From contig OZ245817.1 of NCBI GenBank assembly GCA_965228475.1, positions 4,800,001-4,864,000 of the forward strand: 64,000 nt of DNA. The letters are read 5' to 3'. This document shows, one piece after another, positions 20,428 through 31,525 of the stretch. The notes under the pieces are model-generated. The model was given only the letters and a program-made list of their open reading frames with translations, searched no databases and had not been told where the DNA came from. Source of the stretch: Myxococcota bacterium (GTDB lineage Bacteria; Myxococcota_A; UBA9160; JAFDDA01). Position numbers and translations under genes: made by a program. Numbering within the stretch: the first letter of the stretch is position 1; each line of letters begins with the position of its first letter.

Positions 20428-22130
20428 GAGTCGGTTTCCGCCACCTTGAGTCGAAGCCGTAGTCCGCCAGCGAGGACGTCGAACTCGTTCGCGGTGATCT
20501 CAGCGACGACGACCTCGCTCTGCCGGCCGGCTTCGAGGACCGTGTAGATCCCCCGCCCGGCGTCGGCGACGTCGAGTGAGAACGTGCGCCCGTCGGCGGC
20601 GATCTCGAATCGGTGCGCTTCGATCTGGCGAAGCTCGATTCGACGGGGATCCGTCTTCGCCTTCTTTTCGGAGACCTCGTAGATCTTCGCGGCCCCGGCG
20701 GCGGTGGACGGTGACCCGGCCCGATGGGCGGCGATCGCCGCCATCGCGTTCGCCAGGCGCACGGCTTCCTCGTCCGCGGACCGCTCGAAGCTTCCGCCCA
20801 TGTGCTCGTCGATGAAGCCCGTGTCGTAGTGCCCCTCGACGAACACCGGATGGTCCATCACCCGCTCGTGGAACGGGATCGAGGTGCGGATCCCCGCAAC
20901 GACATACTCGCCCAGGGCGCGCTTCATGCGGTCGATCGCCTCTCGCCGGTCCCGGCCCGTCGTGACGAGCTTCGCGACCATCGGGTCGTAGAAGACCGTG
21001 ACCGTCGCCCCCTCGAAGACGCCATCGTCGACCCGGACGCCGGGCCCGCCCGGCGGACGGTAGACGCGGATCTCGCCGGGCGAGGGGAAGAAGTTCTTCT
21101 CCGGGTCCTCGGCGTAGATGCGCGCCTCGATCGCGTGGCCGCGAATCCGAACGTCGCCCTGCTCGATCCCGAGCGGCTCGCCGGCCGCCACGCGGATCAT
21201 CGCCTTCACGATGTCGACGCCGGTGATCTCCTCGGTGATGGCGTGTTCGACCTGAACGCGCGTGTTCATCTCGAGGAAGTAGAAGCGCTGGTTCTCGTCG
21301 ACGAGGAACTCGCACGTTCCCGCGCCGTGGTAGTCGACCGCCCGGGCCGCGGCGAGGGCGGCGGCGCCCATCTGCTCGCGAAGCTCCGGCGTCATGCGGT
21401 TCGCCGGCGCTTCTTCGACGAGCTTCTGGTGCCGGCGCTGGATGGAACACTCGCGCTCGCAGAGGTGGATCGCGTGGCCGTGCCGGTCGGCGAGGATCTG
21501 GATCTCGACGTGGCGCGGCCTCTCGATGAACTTCTCGACGTAGATCGCGTCGTCGCTAAAACCGGAGCGGGCTTCGCTGCGTGCGCGCTCGATGGCGCCC
21601 GCGAGCTCGCTCTCCTCGCGCACGAGGCGCATGCCCTTGCCGCCGCCGCCGGCGCTCGCCTTCACCATCACGGGCAGGCCGATCTCCTTCGCGAAGGCGA
21701 GAGCCTCCTCGTCGGTCAGGGCCTCGGTCGTTCCCGGGACGATCGGGACGCCGGCCTGCTCCATCGTGCGGCGGGCGGTGACCTTGTCACCCATGCGCTC
21801 CATCACCTCGGCCTCGGGCCCGATGAAGGTGATGCCAGCGTCCTGGCAGGCGCGCGCGAAGGCGCCGCGCTCCGAGAGGAAGCCGTAGCCGGGGTGGATG
21901 GCCTCCGCGCCGCACGCCTTCGCCACCGCGAGGATCCGTTCGATCGCGAGGTAGGACTCGGCGGCGGGCGGGGGACCCACAGGGTAGGCCTCGTCCGCAA
22001 GCCGGACGTGCAGGGCGTCGCGGTCGGCTTCCGAGTAGACGGCGACGGCCTCGATGCCCATCTCGCGACAGGCCCGGATCACGCGGACGGCGATCTCGCC
22101 GCGGTTCGCGATCAGGATCTTCTTGAACAT
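20424..22130 (-). CDS. accC: Acyl-CoA carboxylase biotin carboxylase subunit (no biotin-carrier domain)
   Basis: MFKKILIANRGEIA, HPGYGFLSE, GGGGKGM, ERECSIQRRHQK, EMNTRVQVEH, YDPMVAK; no MKM motif. Confidence 0.9.
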   Translation of the reverse strand: MFKKILIANRGEIAVRVIRACREMGIEAVAVYSEADRDALHVRLADEAYPVGPPPAAESYLAIERILAVAKACGAEAIHPGYGFLSERGAFARACQDAGITFIGPEAEVMERMGDKVTARRTMEQAGVPIVPGTTEALTDEEALAFAKEIGLPVMVKASAGGGGKGMRLVREESELAGAIERARSEARSGFSDDAIYVEKFIERPRHVEIQILADRHGHAIHLCERECSIQRRHQKLVEEAPANRMTPELREQMGAAALAAARAVDYHGAGTCEFLVDENQRFYFLEMNTRVQVEHAITEEITGVDIVKAMIRVAAGEPLGIEQGDVRIRGHAIEARIYAEDPEKNFFPSPGEIRVYRPPGGPGVRVDDGVFEGATVTVFYDPMVAKLVTTGRDRREAIDRMKRALGEYVVAGIRTSIPFHERVMDHPVFVEGHYDTGFIDEHMGGSFERSADEEAVRLANAMAAIAAHRAGSPSTAAGAAKIYEVSEKKAKTDPRRIELRQIEAHRFEIAADGRTFSLDVADAGRGIYTVLEAGRQSEVVVAEITANEFDVLAGGLRLRLKVAETDS

Positions 22131-22182
22131 GGGAGGGAGGGCTGCATGGACGAAACCCTCAGGATCCAAGAGCCTCGAGAAC

Positions 22183-23472
22183 CTAGAGCGACGCGATGTC
22201 GCGGATCCGGCGCTCCAGGACTTTCCGGTACTCGTCGATGTCGACGGTCTGCCGCGCGACGCCCGAGTCCATCGCCGCCTGGGCGACGGCCGGTGCCACG
22301 TGCAGCAGCACGCGCGAATCGAAGGGCTTCGGGATGATGTAGTTCGGCCCGAAGTGGAAGCGTTCGCCCGGGTAGGCGCGGCGCACGGCGTCCGGGACCT
22401 CGTCCTCCCCGTGCCGGGCCAGCTCGGCCAGCGCGTGCACGGCGGCCTGCTTCATCTCCTCGTTGATCGCGCGCGCGCGCACGTCGAGGGCGCCGCGGAA
22501 GATGAAGGGGAAGCCGAGGACGTTGTTCACCTGGTTCGGGAAGTCCGAGCGGCCCGTCGCCATGATCGCGTCTTCGCGCACGGAGCGGACCTCGTCGGGC
22601 GTGATCTCCGGGTCCGGGTTGGCCATGGCGAAGATGATCGGGTTCGGCGCCATGGCCTTCACCATCTCCGGCGTGACGAGACCGGCCGAGGAGAGGCCGA
22701 CGAAGGCGTCGGCGCCGACCAGCGCCTCCGCAAGGGTGCGCAGCTCGGTCTTGCGGGCGTACCGGGCCTTGTACTCGTTCATGCCCTCGGTGCGGCCTTC
22801 GTAGATCACGCCCCGGCTGTCGACGTGGATCAGGTTCTCGGGCGCGAGCCCGAGGTCGAGCCAGAGCTGCGCGCAGGCCAGCCCCGAGGCGCCGGCGCCG
22901 GAGAAGACGACGCGCGCCTCCTCGAGCTTGCGCCCGGTCACTTCCAGCGCATTCAGGAACGCGGCGGCCGAGATGATGGCCGTGCCGTGCTGATCGTCGT
23001 GGAAGACCGGGATGTCGAGCGTCTCCTGCAGGTGGCGCTCGATGATGAAGCACTCGGGGGAGCGGATGTCCTCGAGGTTGATGCCCCCGAAGGTCTTTGC
23101 CGTGAGCTCGCAGACGCGGATCACGTCTTCCGCGGACTCGCTGTCGACCTCGATGTCGAAGACGTCGATGTCGGCGAAGCGCTTGAAGAGGACGCCCTTG
23201 CCCTCCATCACGGGCTTGCTCGCGGAGGCGCCGATGTTGCCGAGGCCGAGGACCGCCGTGCCGTTGGTGATGCAGGCGACGAGGTTGCCGCGCGCGGTGT
23301 ACCGGAAGACCTGGTCGTCGTCCTTCGCGATCTCGCGGCAGGGCTCGGCGACCCCGGGCGTGTAGGCCAGGGACAGATCGTCCGCCGTCAGGGTCGGCTT
23401 GGTGGGAACCACCTTCACCTTCCCCGGCCGCCCGTCGGCGTGGTACGAAAGCGCCTGATCGCGCGTGCTCAA
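22183..23472 (-). CDS. NAD(P)-dependent malic enzyme (MaeB-type catalytic part, no PTA domain)
   Basis: [44 protein letters not shown] start with AAGGA RBS. Confidence 0.9.
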   Translation of the reverse strand: MSTRDQALSYHADGRPGKVKVVPTKPTLTADDLSLAYTPGVAEPCREIAKDDDQVFRYTARGNLVACITNGTAVLGLGNIGASASKPVMEGKGVLFKRFADIDVFDIEVDSESAEDVIRVCELTAKTFGGINLEDIRSPECFIIERHLQETLDIPVFHDDQHGTAIISAAAFLNALEVTGRKLEEARVVFSGAGASGLACAQLWLDLGLAPENLIHVDSRGVIYEGRTEGMNEYKARYARKTELRTLAEALVGADAFVGLSSAGLVTPEMVKAMAPNPIIFAMANPDPEITPDEVRSVREDAIMATGRSDFPNQVNNVLGFPFIFRGALDVRARAINEEMKQAAVHALAELARHGEDEVPDAVRRAYPGERFHFGPNYIIPKPFDSRVLLHVAPAVAQAAMDSGVARQTVDIDEYRKVLERRIRDIASL

Positions 23473-23650
23473 CCGTCGTTTCCTTCCGTGTGTCCGCCCC
23501 GGACCGAGGGAGACCGTCGAGGGCCGGTCGGCCCCGGACTCCATCCAAGGTGGCGGCGCGGAGAGGCGGAGTCTATCAGATCCAGGATTCGGCCGCAGAG
23601 GCGAAAACCCTTCTCTTCCAAAGGGTTGCCGCCTTCCCGGGCCTTCGCCC

Positions 23651-24790
<1,140 letters not shown>

Positions 24791-24872
24791 GTTGGAACCC
24801 CTTTTCTACTGGGAAGGAGGGCAAACTACGTCAACTGACGCGGTGCGGCAATCGCCGGGAGCCCGAGAAGCA

Positions 24873-24908
24873 GCGAGCCGGAGCGGGCCATGCCTCGCTC
24901 CGGCTCGC
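24873..24908 (-). terminator. GC-rich hairpin downstream of the IclR gene, possible terminator
   Basis: GCGAGCCGGAGCG...CGCTCCGGCTCGC, 13-bp perfect stem; weak U-tract. Confidence 0.45.
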
Positions 24909-24933
24909 GGATGGATCCGGGTGCCCTGGGGCG

Positions 24934-25722
24934 CTAGGCGCCGGCGCCGAGCTGGCGCGAGAGCTCCTGGGCGGCGGCCTGGACCACCGGGACGATCCGG
25001 CGGTGCAGCTCGTCCGAGCCCATCCGGACGGTCGGGGCCGAGACGGAGATCGCGGCGACGACCTGGCCGGCCTCGTCCTGGATGGGAGCGGCCGCACAGT
25101 CGAGACCGATCTCGCACTCCTCGAGGTCGATCGCGAAGCCCTGGCCCGCCACCGTGCGGAGCTCGTCGAAGAACTTCTCGCGGTCCGTGATCGTGGCCGG
25201 CGTGCGCGCCTCGAGGCCGGCGCCGACGCGCTCGCGGTCGAACCGCTCGCGCCGGGCATCGTCGGAGAAGCCCAGGAGGACCTTCCCGAGCGCCGTCGCG
25301 TGGATCGGCAGGGTCATGCCCGTGCGGTCCGCCGTGACCAGGAGCTGGTTCGGCAGCTCCGCGGCGAGATGGGCGACCTCGTCGCCGCGGATGGCCCCCA
25401 GGTGCGCCGTCTCTTCGAGCTCTGCGGCGATCTCGGCAAGGATGGGACGGGCGCGGCACAGGAGGCTGCGGCTCCGCGAGTAGGACTGGCCGAGTTCGAG
25501 GCAGCGCAGGCCCAGGCGGTACTGGTCGTCCGAGGAGGTCTGTTCGATGTAGCCCGACTGCTCGAGCGTCGCGAGCAGGCGGAACACGTTGTTCTTGTGG
25601 AGGTCCAGGCGGCGGGACAGCTCGGTCACACCGAGCCGCTCCTCTCCGTCGAACATCTCCAACAACCGCAGCGCGTTGGTGACCGTCTGAATCGCGTAGT
25701 CGCTCTTGGGCTTCCTCGTCAT
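24934..25722 (-). CDS. IclR family transcriptional regulator
   Basis: N-terminal wHTH (LGVTELSRRLDLHKNNVFRLLATL), HATALGK, CAAAPI. Confidence 0.93.
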   Translation of the reverse strand: MTRKPKSDYAIQTVTNALRLLEMFDGEERLGVTELSRRLDLHKNNVFRLLATLEQSGYIEQTSSDDQYRLGLRCLELGQSYSRSRSLLCRARPILAEIAAELEETAHLGAIRGDEVAHLAAELPNQLLVTADRTGMTLPIHATALGKVLLGFSDDARRERFDRERVGAGLEARTPATITDREKFFDELRTVAGQGFAIDLEECEIGLDCAAAPIQDEAGQVVAAISVSAPTVRMGSDELHRRIVPVVQAAAQELSRQLGAGA

Positions 25723-26281
25723 GCGCGTGACGCTCCGCCCCCGGGAAGGCCGCAGCCCCTGGGGGTACTAGGGATGGTTCAACCTCTCACCACGCGCCCG
25801 GATCCAGAAGATCGAGTCGGGCGCGAAAGAAGCTTGGGCATCCCTCGGCGAAGCAAAGAGTGGCGCCCGACGACCGTCGGAGCGCAGGAGCGGAGCTGTA
25901 GGCGACGAAATTCACTCGTTGTATCCGGGTGGAGGGATGGTCCCGGGAACGAAAACGAAGCTCACACCGACGAGAACGACGAGAAATGGAGACGAGAAAC
26001 GCAGAGAATCGGGGAGGAGTCGGAGCCTTCTTCGTTTTCGAACGCCGCTTCACTCGCGGCTCGATCGTTCTATCTCAGTCCCGAAAACCGGTCAAGCAAA
26101 CTTCCCCAAAAAGACCCGAAAAAAGAGGTGAGACACAGTTCGGTGTCGGACGTTCGGTATCGCACGTGCGCGATGCGCGGAGAAGATGGCTTCCCCGTCG
26201 AGGGATCGCGTCGAAGCGAACTTTTTTCGAAGCGAGTCGGGAGCGCAGCGTTCCTGCGGGGAAGCGCGTACGAAGCGACGG

Positions 26282-26866
26282 CTAGACGCGAGCGTCCTCG
26301 CCCGTCGTGCCGTCGGAAGGAGTCGACGACTCCGAAGCGTCCGCTCTTTCCGACGAGGAATTCGCATCCGCACCGCTGCGGTCCTCTCCCTCGGTCACGA
26401 GGAGTTCGAGGATCAGCAGACCGACGCCGACGACGATGAACGTGTCCGCGAGGTTGAAGTCGGGCCAGGAGTAGCCACTCCATAGCCGGAAGTGCAGGAA
26501 GTCGACGACCTCGCCCCCGCGGAACACGCGGTCGACCAGGTTGCCGGCCGCACCGCCGAGGATGCTGCCGAGCGCGAAGGCCGGAAGCCGATCCCCAGGG
26601 GCGAGCTGTCGGTAGAAGGAGAAGATGATTCCGATCGCGAGTAGGGAAACCCCGACGAAGAAGAACATGCGGATGTTCTCGGGGGCGTCCGCGAAGAGAC
26701 TGAATGCCGCGCCGGGGTTGCGGACGTGGGTCAGGTAGAAGAAGCCATCGATGACGGCCCGGCGGTCGGCGAAGGAAAGGTTGTCGAGCACCCACTGCTT
26801 CGTGGCCCAGTCGAGAACGAGGCTGATTGCCCCGGTCGCCGTAAAGATCTTCGATTTCGCCGACAT
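26282..26866 (-). CDS. lspA: Lipoprotein signal peptidase II
   Basis: NPGAAFS, GGAAGNLVDR, VVDF, FNLAD. Confidence 0.95.
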   Translation of the reverse strand: MSAKSKIFTATGAISLVLDWATKQWVLDNLSFADRRAVIDGFFYLTHVRNPGAAFSLFADAPENIRMFFFVGVSLLAIGIIFSFYRQLAPGDRLPAFALGSILGGAAGNLVDRVFRGGEVVDFLHFRLWSGYSWPDFNLADTFIVVGVGLLILELLVTEGEDRSGADANSSSERADASESSTPSDGTTGEDARV

Positions 26867-26877
26867 GGCGCGCGACG

Positions 26878-27393
26878 CTAGCGCAGCTCGCCCGCTTCGA
26901 GCATTCCGTCGCCCCAGGCGTTCGGTGCGCGCCGCCGCGCCTCGTCGAGCAGCGGCGCGGCTTCGCGGCCGCGCCCGAGGGCCTGGAGCGCGCCGCCGCG
27001 CAGACCGAGCAGGTGGGTCTCGGCCTCGGGGGTCAGCTCCTGGTAGGCCTCGAGCAGCGAACGGCAGCGATCGAGGGCCGAGAGGGCCCGCGCGGGGTCA
27101 CCTCCTTCGAGTTCGTGGCGCGCCAGGGCCATGTACGCCCACGGATTCCCGGGGTCGACGGTCAGTGCCATCTCGTAGCGGTCGAGCGCGTTTCGCCGGT
27201 CGCCGAGGTCGTCGGCGCCCAGGCCTTCGTCCACGAGATGGTTGGAAGCGACGCGGCGGTCGTCGCCCTCGTCGAGGACGTCTTCGAACTCGAGGGCGTC
27301 GTCGCGCTCGGGCAGCGTCGGCGCGAAGCCCGACTGACAGGCGAGCGTTCCCAGGGGGAGCAGTAGGGTGGAGAGAAGCCGCAGTGTCTTCAC
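26878..27393 (-). CDS. TPR-repeat lipoprotein (LpoP-like)
   Basis: GTG start overlapping the mrcB stop; lipobox TLAC; TPR-like ALTVDPGNPWAYMALAR. Confidence 0.75.
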   Translation of the reverse strand: MKTLRLLSTLLLPLGTLACQSGFAPTLPERDDALEFEDVLDEGDDRRVASNHLVDEGLGADDLGDRRNALDRYEMALTVDPGNPWAYMALARHELEGGDPARALSALDRCRSLLEAYQELTPEAETHLLGLRGGALQALGRGREAAPLLDEARRRAPNAWGDGMLEAGELR

Positions 27394-29768
27394 GCGTCGT
27401 TTCCTCTTCCGCGACTGGCGCCGGGTTCCCCGCGGCGCCGCGCGAACCCGGGGCAGGTGGTCTCGGGCTCGGTCCCCGAGAGGAAGTATTCGGCCCGGCG
27501 GCGCGGGCAGGCGCGCAGGGCGCGCGCGCCGCTCTCGGGATCGATGTCCATGCGGACCACCCCTTGGGGAGGGAAGAAGGCGCCGCGGATGTTGCCGCCC
27601 GTCGCTTCCCGAACGAACTGAGCCCAGATCGGCAGCGCGGCGCTCGCGCCCGAGAGCCCGATGCTGCGCGGCTCGTCGAAGCCGACCCAGACCGCCACGA
27701 CCAGTTCTGGCGTGAAGCCGATGAACCAGGCGTCGCGCTCGTCGTCGGTGGTGCCGGTCTTGCCGGCGAGCGCGCCGGTGAGCCCGTGGCTCGAGAGTGA
27801 GCGCCCCGTCCCGCGCTCGATCACGCCTTCGAGCAACGACGTCGCCAGGTAGGACGTGCCTTCGTCGAGCACGCGGCGGAAGCTCGTCTTCCTGCGCTCG
27901 AGCTGTTCCCCGCGGGCGTCCACCACCTCGTCGAAGGTGCGCACCACGGGGCGGATCCCGCCGCTCGCCAGGGTCGCGTAGGCACGCGCCATCTCGAGAG
28001 GCGAGACGTCCGCGGTCCCGAGGGCGAGGCTCGGCACCTCGGGCAGGTCGCTCTCGATGCCGAGCCGCCGCGCCACGTCGACCACGCGGTCGACGCCGAT
28101 GTCCTGGGCGAGCCGCGCCGTCGCCACGTTGAGCGAGCGCTCGAGCGCCTCGCGCACCGCCACCCGGCCGTGGAACTGATGGTCGTAGTTGTTCGGGGCC
28201 CAGACCCCCGAGGGCGTCTTCACCTGGAGCGGTTCGTCCGAAAGGAAGTCGGCCAGTGTGATTCCGTCGCCCTCCCGCGCCCGTTCGAGGGCGGCGATGT
28301 AGACGAACGGCTTGAACACGCTGCCCGCGGGGCGCCGGGCCTGGGTGCAGCGGTCGAACTGAGAGACGCCGTAGTCGCGCCCACCCACCAGCGCGAGCAC
28401 CTCCCCCGTCTGGGGGCGAAGCGCGACGACACATCCTTGAATGCGCGCGAGGGGGTCTTCGCTCTGCTTTTCGGGGTGGCGTTTCTCGATCGCGTCGAGG
28501 CCCTCGCGCAGGGCCTTCGCCGCCGCGAGCTGGAGTCGGAGATCCACGGTGGCGTGGATCTGCATCCCCTCGCTCGCGAGCTGCTTGCGGTCGTAGTGGT
28601 CGGGGAGCTGGCGCTCGAGGGCCGCCATGAAGTATCGGGCGTCCCGGGCGTCGGGTGTGACCTCGGCGAGCAGGAGCGGCTCGTTCTTCGCGTGCTCCCA
28701 GGTCTTGCGGTCGATCCGGCCCTGGTCGTGCATGAGGTCGAGCACGAGGTTGCGGCGCTCGATGGCCCGCTCGGGCCGGCGGTTGGGCGAGATCGCGTTG
28801 GGGCTCTGGATGATCGCCGCCAGCAGCGCGGACTCCGCGGGTTCGAGATCGCTCGCCGCCTTCCCGAAGTAGAGCCGCGCGGCCTGGCCGACGCCGTGGA
28901 CGGCCGTCGGCCCGCGCTGGCCGAGGTAGATCTCGTTCAGGTAGGCCTCGAGGATCTCGCCCTTCTCGAACCGCCACTCGACGAGCAGCGCCATCACCGC
29001 TTCCTGGAGCTTGCGCGTATAGGTCCGCTCGGGCGTGAGGAAGAAGTTCTTCACGAGCTGCTGGGTCAGGGTGGAGCCACCCTGGCGAACCGAACCGGCC
29101 TGGAGGTTCGCGATCAGGGCGCCGGCGATGCGGCGCGGATCGATGCCCGAGTGGGTCGGAAAGCGCTGGTCCTCGACGGCGAGGATGGCGTCGACGAGCG
29201 CCGGCGGGAGGTCTTCGAGCTGGACGAGCTCGCGCTGCTCGCGGTCCGGCCCGTAGTAGAAGCCGACGGGCTCGGGCGCGAGCGGCACCGCGCCGAGCCG
29301 GCGTCCGCCGGGCGTCGTGACGCGGACGATGATCGGGCCGACCAGCCGGAGTTCGACCTTGGTGCTCTGCTCCCCCGCCCCGGGCCGCTTCGACGGCCGC
29401 AGGTGCAGGCGGACGCGATCCCCCTCCCAGTCGTACTGGCCGGGCGCCGGCGTGCGCCCGCGAACGCGCCGGTAGCCGAGCCGCGCGAGCGTCCCGCGCA
29501 GGTCCGTCTGCTGCCAGTCGAGCCCCTGGTAGAGGACCACCGGCTGCGAGAGCACCTGGCTCGGAACCTGGAACGTGCGGCCCTCGAACCGCTCCACCAC
29601 GATGCGATCGAGGCGGATCACCCAGACCGCGAGGAACACGCCGGTCACGAAGGCCACCGCGGCGATCGGAATCCAGAGCTTGCGGATCAGCGCGGCGATG
29701 CCGCCCGCCGTGCGGGCGATGATGCCGCGCGAGCCCCTCTTCCGACTCTTCTTCTTGGTTCGGGCCAC
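27390..29768 (-). CDS. mrcB: Class A penicillin-binding protein PBP1B
   Basis: UB2H-like region (LARLGYR); EDQRF, GGSTLTQQ, RKLQE; SVFK, SLN, KTGT. Confidence 0.92.
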   Translation of the reverse strand: MARTKKKSRKRGSRGIIARTAGGIAALIRKLWIPIAAVAFVTGVFLAVWVIRLDRIVVERFEGRTFQVPSQVLSQPVVLYQGLDWQQTDLRGTLARLGYRRVRGRTPAPGQYDWEGDRVRLHLRPSKRPGAGEQSTKVELRLVGPIIVRVTTPGGRRLGAVPLAPEPVGFYYGPDREQRELVQLEDLPPALVDAILAVEDQRFPTHSGIDPRRIAGALIANLQAGSVRQGGSTLTQQLVKNFFLTPERTYTRKLQEAVMALLVEWRFEKGEILEAYLNEIYLGQRGPTAVHGVGQAARLYFGKAASDLEPAESALLAAIIQSPNAISPNRRPERAIERRNLVLDLMHDQGRIDRKTWEHAKNEPLLLAEVTPDARDARYFMAALERQLPDHYDRKQLASEGMQIHATVDLRLQLAAAKALREGLDAIEKRHPEKQSEDPLARIQGCVVALRPQTGEVLALVGGRDYGVSQFDRCTQARRPAGSVFKPFVYIAALERAREGDGITLADFLSDEPLQVKTPSGVWAPNNYDHQFHGRVAVREALERSLNVATARLAQDIGVDRVVDVARRLGIESDLPEVPSLALGTADVSPLEMARAYATLASGGIRPVVRTFDEVVDARGEQLERRKTSFRRVLDEGTSYLATSLLEGVIERGTGRSLSSHGLTGALAGKTGTTDDERDAWFIGFTPELVVAVWVGFDEPRSIGLSGASAALPIWAQFVREATGGNIRGAFFPPQGVVRMDIDPESGARALRACPRRRAEYFLSGTEPETTCPGFARRRGEPGASRGRGNDA

Positions 29769-29802
29769 GCTTCACCCCCCGGCGCCGCGACCGACGCCGG
29801 GC

Positions 29803-29922
29803 CTAGCCCGACGCGGATTCGACGTAGGTGAACTCCTCGATGGGCTCGGCCGGCACCACGCCCGTCGGCTGGGCCCGCTCCGGCGAATCGGGCTGCGTGT
29901 CCGCCTTCATCACGATGATCAT
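29803..29922 (-). pseudogene. 39-aa ORF resembling a truncated N-terminal regulatory domain of type I-beta DAHP synthase (remnant or small protein)
   Basis: MIIVMKADTQPDSPERAQPTGVVPAEPIEEFTYVESASG*, AGGAG RBS, GC3-rich codons. Family resemblance is by eye only. Confidence 0.5.
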
Positions 29923-30024
29923 GGTGCGCTCCTGGGGGGTGTTGCCCCCGGGGGAACCCGAAGCGGGCGAGGAGGCCGAAAGCCACCGCCAGCCGGATGG
30001 GATACCGTCTCGGAAGCGGTGCGG

Positions 30025-30054
30025 AGGCTAGGGGTGGGGAGCTGCCCCCGTCAA
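30025..30054 (-). promoter_or_regulatory. Sigma-70-like promoter upstream of the small ORF-mrcB-lspA run
   Basis: TTGACG-N18-TAGCCT on the minus strand. Confidence 0.5.
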
Positions 30055-30097
30055 GCCCGCCCTTGAAATTCCACAACGATTCCTGAGATTTGCACGA

Positions 30098-31525
30098 ATG
30101 GTGGCGAAGAAGCCCTGGGCTGGCCGGTTCGGCCAGGCAACAGACCCTGCCGTCGAGCGGTTCAGCGCCTCGGTCCACTTCGACCGGGCCCTGGCCCGCT
30201 ACGACCTGCGCGCCTCCCGGGCCCACGCCCGGATGCTGGCCGCCCAGGAGCTGATCTCCGCGGCGGACCGGGACGCCATCCTAAAGGGTCTCGACGACCT
30301 CGAAGCCGACATGGCGGAGGGCCGCTTCGACTACGACCCCGCGCTCGAAGACATCCACATGAACGTGGAGACCCGGCTGCGCGAGCGGATCGGCGACGCG
30401 GCGGCCCGGCTCCACACCGGCCGCAGCCGCAACGACCTCGTCGCGACGGACCTCGCGCTCTACCTGCGCGAGACGAGCCTGGCCGCGGAGCAGGGTCTCG
30501 TCGAGATGCGGCAGGTCCTGTGTGAGCAGGCCCGCGAGCACGTCGATACGGTGCTGCCCGGCTACACGCACCTGCAGCGCGCCCAGCCCGTGCGGCTCGC
30601 CCACCACTGGCTCGCCTACTGCGAGATGTTCGAGCGCGATGGCGAACGCTTCGCCGGCGTTCGCGAGCGCGTGCGGCGCTGCCCGCTTGGCTCCGGCGCC
30701 CTCGCCGGCAGCACGCTGCCCCTCGACCGCGACGCCACCGCCCGCGAGCTCGGCTTCGACGAGCCGACGCGCAACAGCCTCGACACCGTGGCCGCGCGCG
30801 ACGCCGCCCTCGAGTTCCTCTCGGCGGGAGCGATCGCCATGGTGCACCTCTCGCGGCTCGCCGAGGAGCTCGTGCTGTGGTCGACGGCGGAGTTCGGCTT
30901 CATCGAGCTCTCGGACGCCTATTCGACGGGCTCGAGCCTGATGCCCCAGAAGAAGAACCCGGACGTCCCGGAGCTCGTGCGCGGCAAGGCCGGGCGCGCC
31001 GTCGGGAACCTCGTCTCCCTGCTCACCGCGGTGAAGGGCCTTCCGCTGACCTACAACCGCGACCTCCAGGAGGACAAGGAGCCGATCTTCGACACGGCGA
31101 ACACCCTGCGGGATTCGCTGCGCGTCATGGCCGGCGCGGTGGCGACGCTGCGCGTACAAATTGACGGGATGCGGGCCGCGGCCGAAGACCCGATGCTTCT
31201 GGCGACGGACCTGGCCGAGGTGCTGGTCCGCGAGGGCGTTCCCTTCCGGGACGCCCACGAGGTGGTCGGCCGGGTGGTCGGCCACTGTGTGGAGAAGGAC
31301 GTGAGCCTGCGCTCGCTCTCGCGCGAAGACCTGGTGGCGTTCCATCCGAGCTTCCCGGATGGCGCGGATGCCCTGCTCGATCTCGACCGCTCCCTCGAGC
31401 AGCGGAGCCTCGCCGGAGGCACCGCCCGGCCGAACGTGCTGGCCGCCCTCGAACGGGAGGAGGCGGCGACGAGCGCGCGGGCTGCGGAGCTTGCGGCAAT
31501 GACCTCGGAAGGGAACGCGGAGTGA
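30098..31525 (+). CDS. argH: Argininosuccinate lyase
   Basis: WAGRF, HTGRSRND, GYTHLQRAQP, GSSLMPQKKNPD, YNRDLQEDK. Confidence 0.97.
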   Translation: MVAKKPWAGRFGQATDPAVERFSASVHFDRALARYDLRASRAHARMLAAQELISAADRDAILKGLDDLEADMAEGRFDYDPALEDIHMNVETRLRERIGDAAARLHTGRSRNDLVATDLALYLRETSLAAEQGLVEMRQVLCEQAREHVDTVLPGYTHLQRAQPVRLAHHWLAYCEMFERDGERFAGVRERVRRCPLGSGALAGSTLPLDRDATARELGFDEPTRNSLDTVAARDAALEFLSAGAIAMVHLSRLAEELVLWSTAEFGFIELSDAYSTGSSLMPQKKNPDVPELVRGKAGRAVGNLVSLLTAVKGLPLTYNRDLQEDKEPIFDTANTLRDSLRVMAGAVATLRVQIDGMRAAAEDPMLLATDLAEVLVREGVPFRDAHEVVGRVVGHCVEKDVSLRSLSREDLVAFHPSFPDGADALLDLDRSLEQRSLAGGTARPNVLAALEREEAATSARAAELAAMTSEGNAE

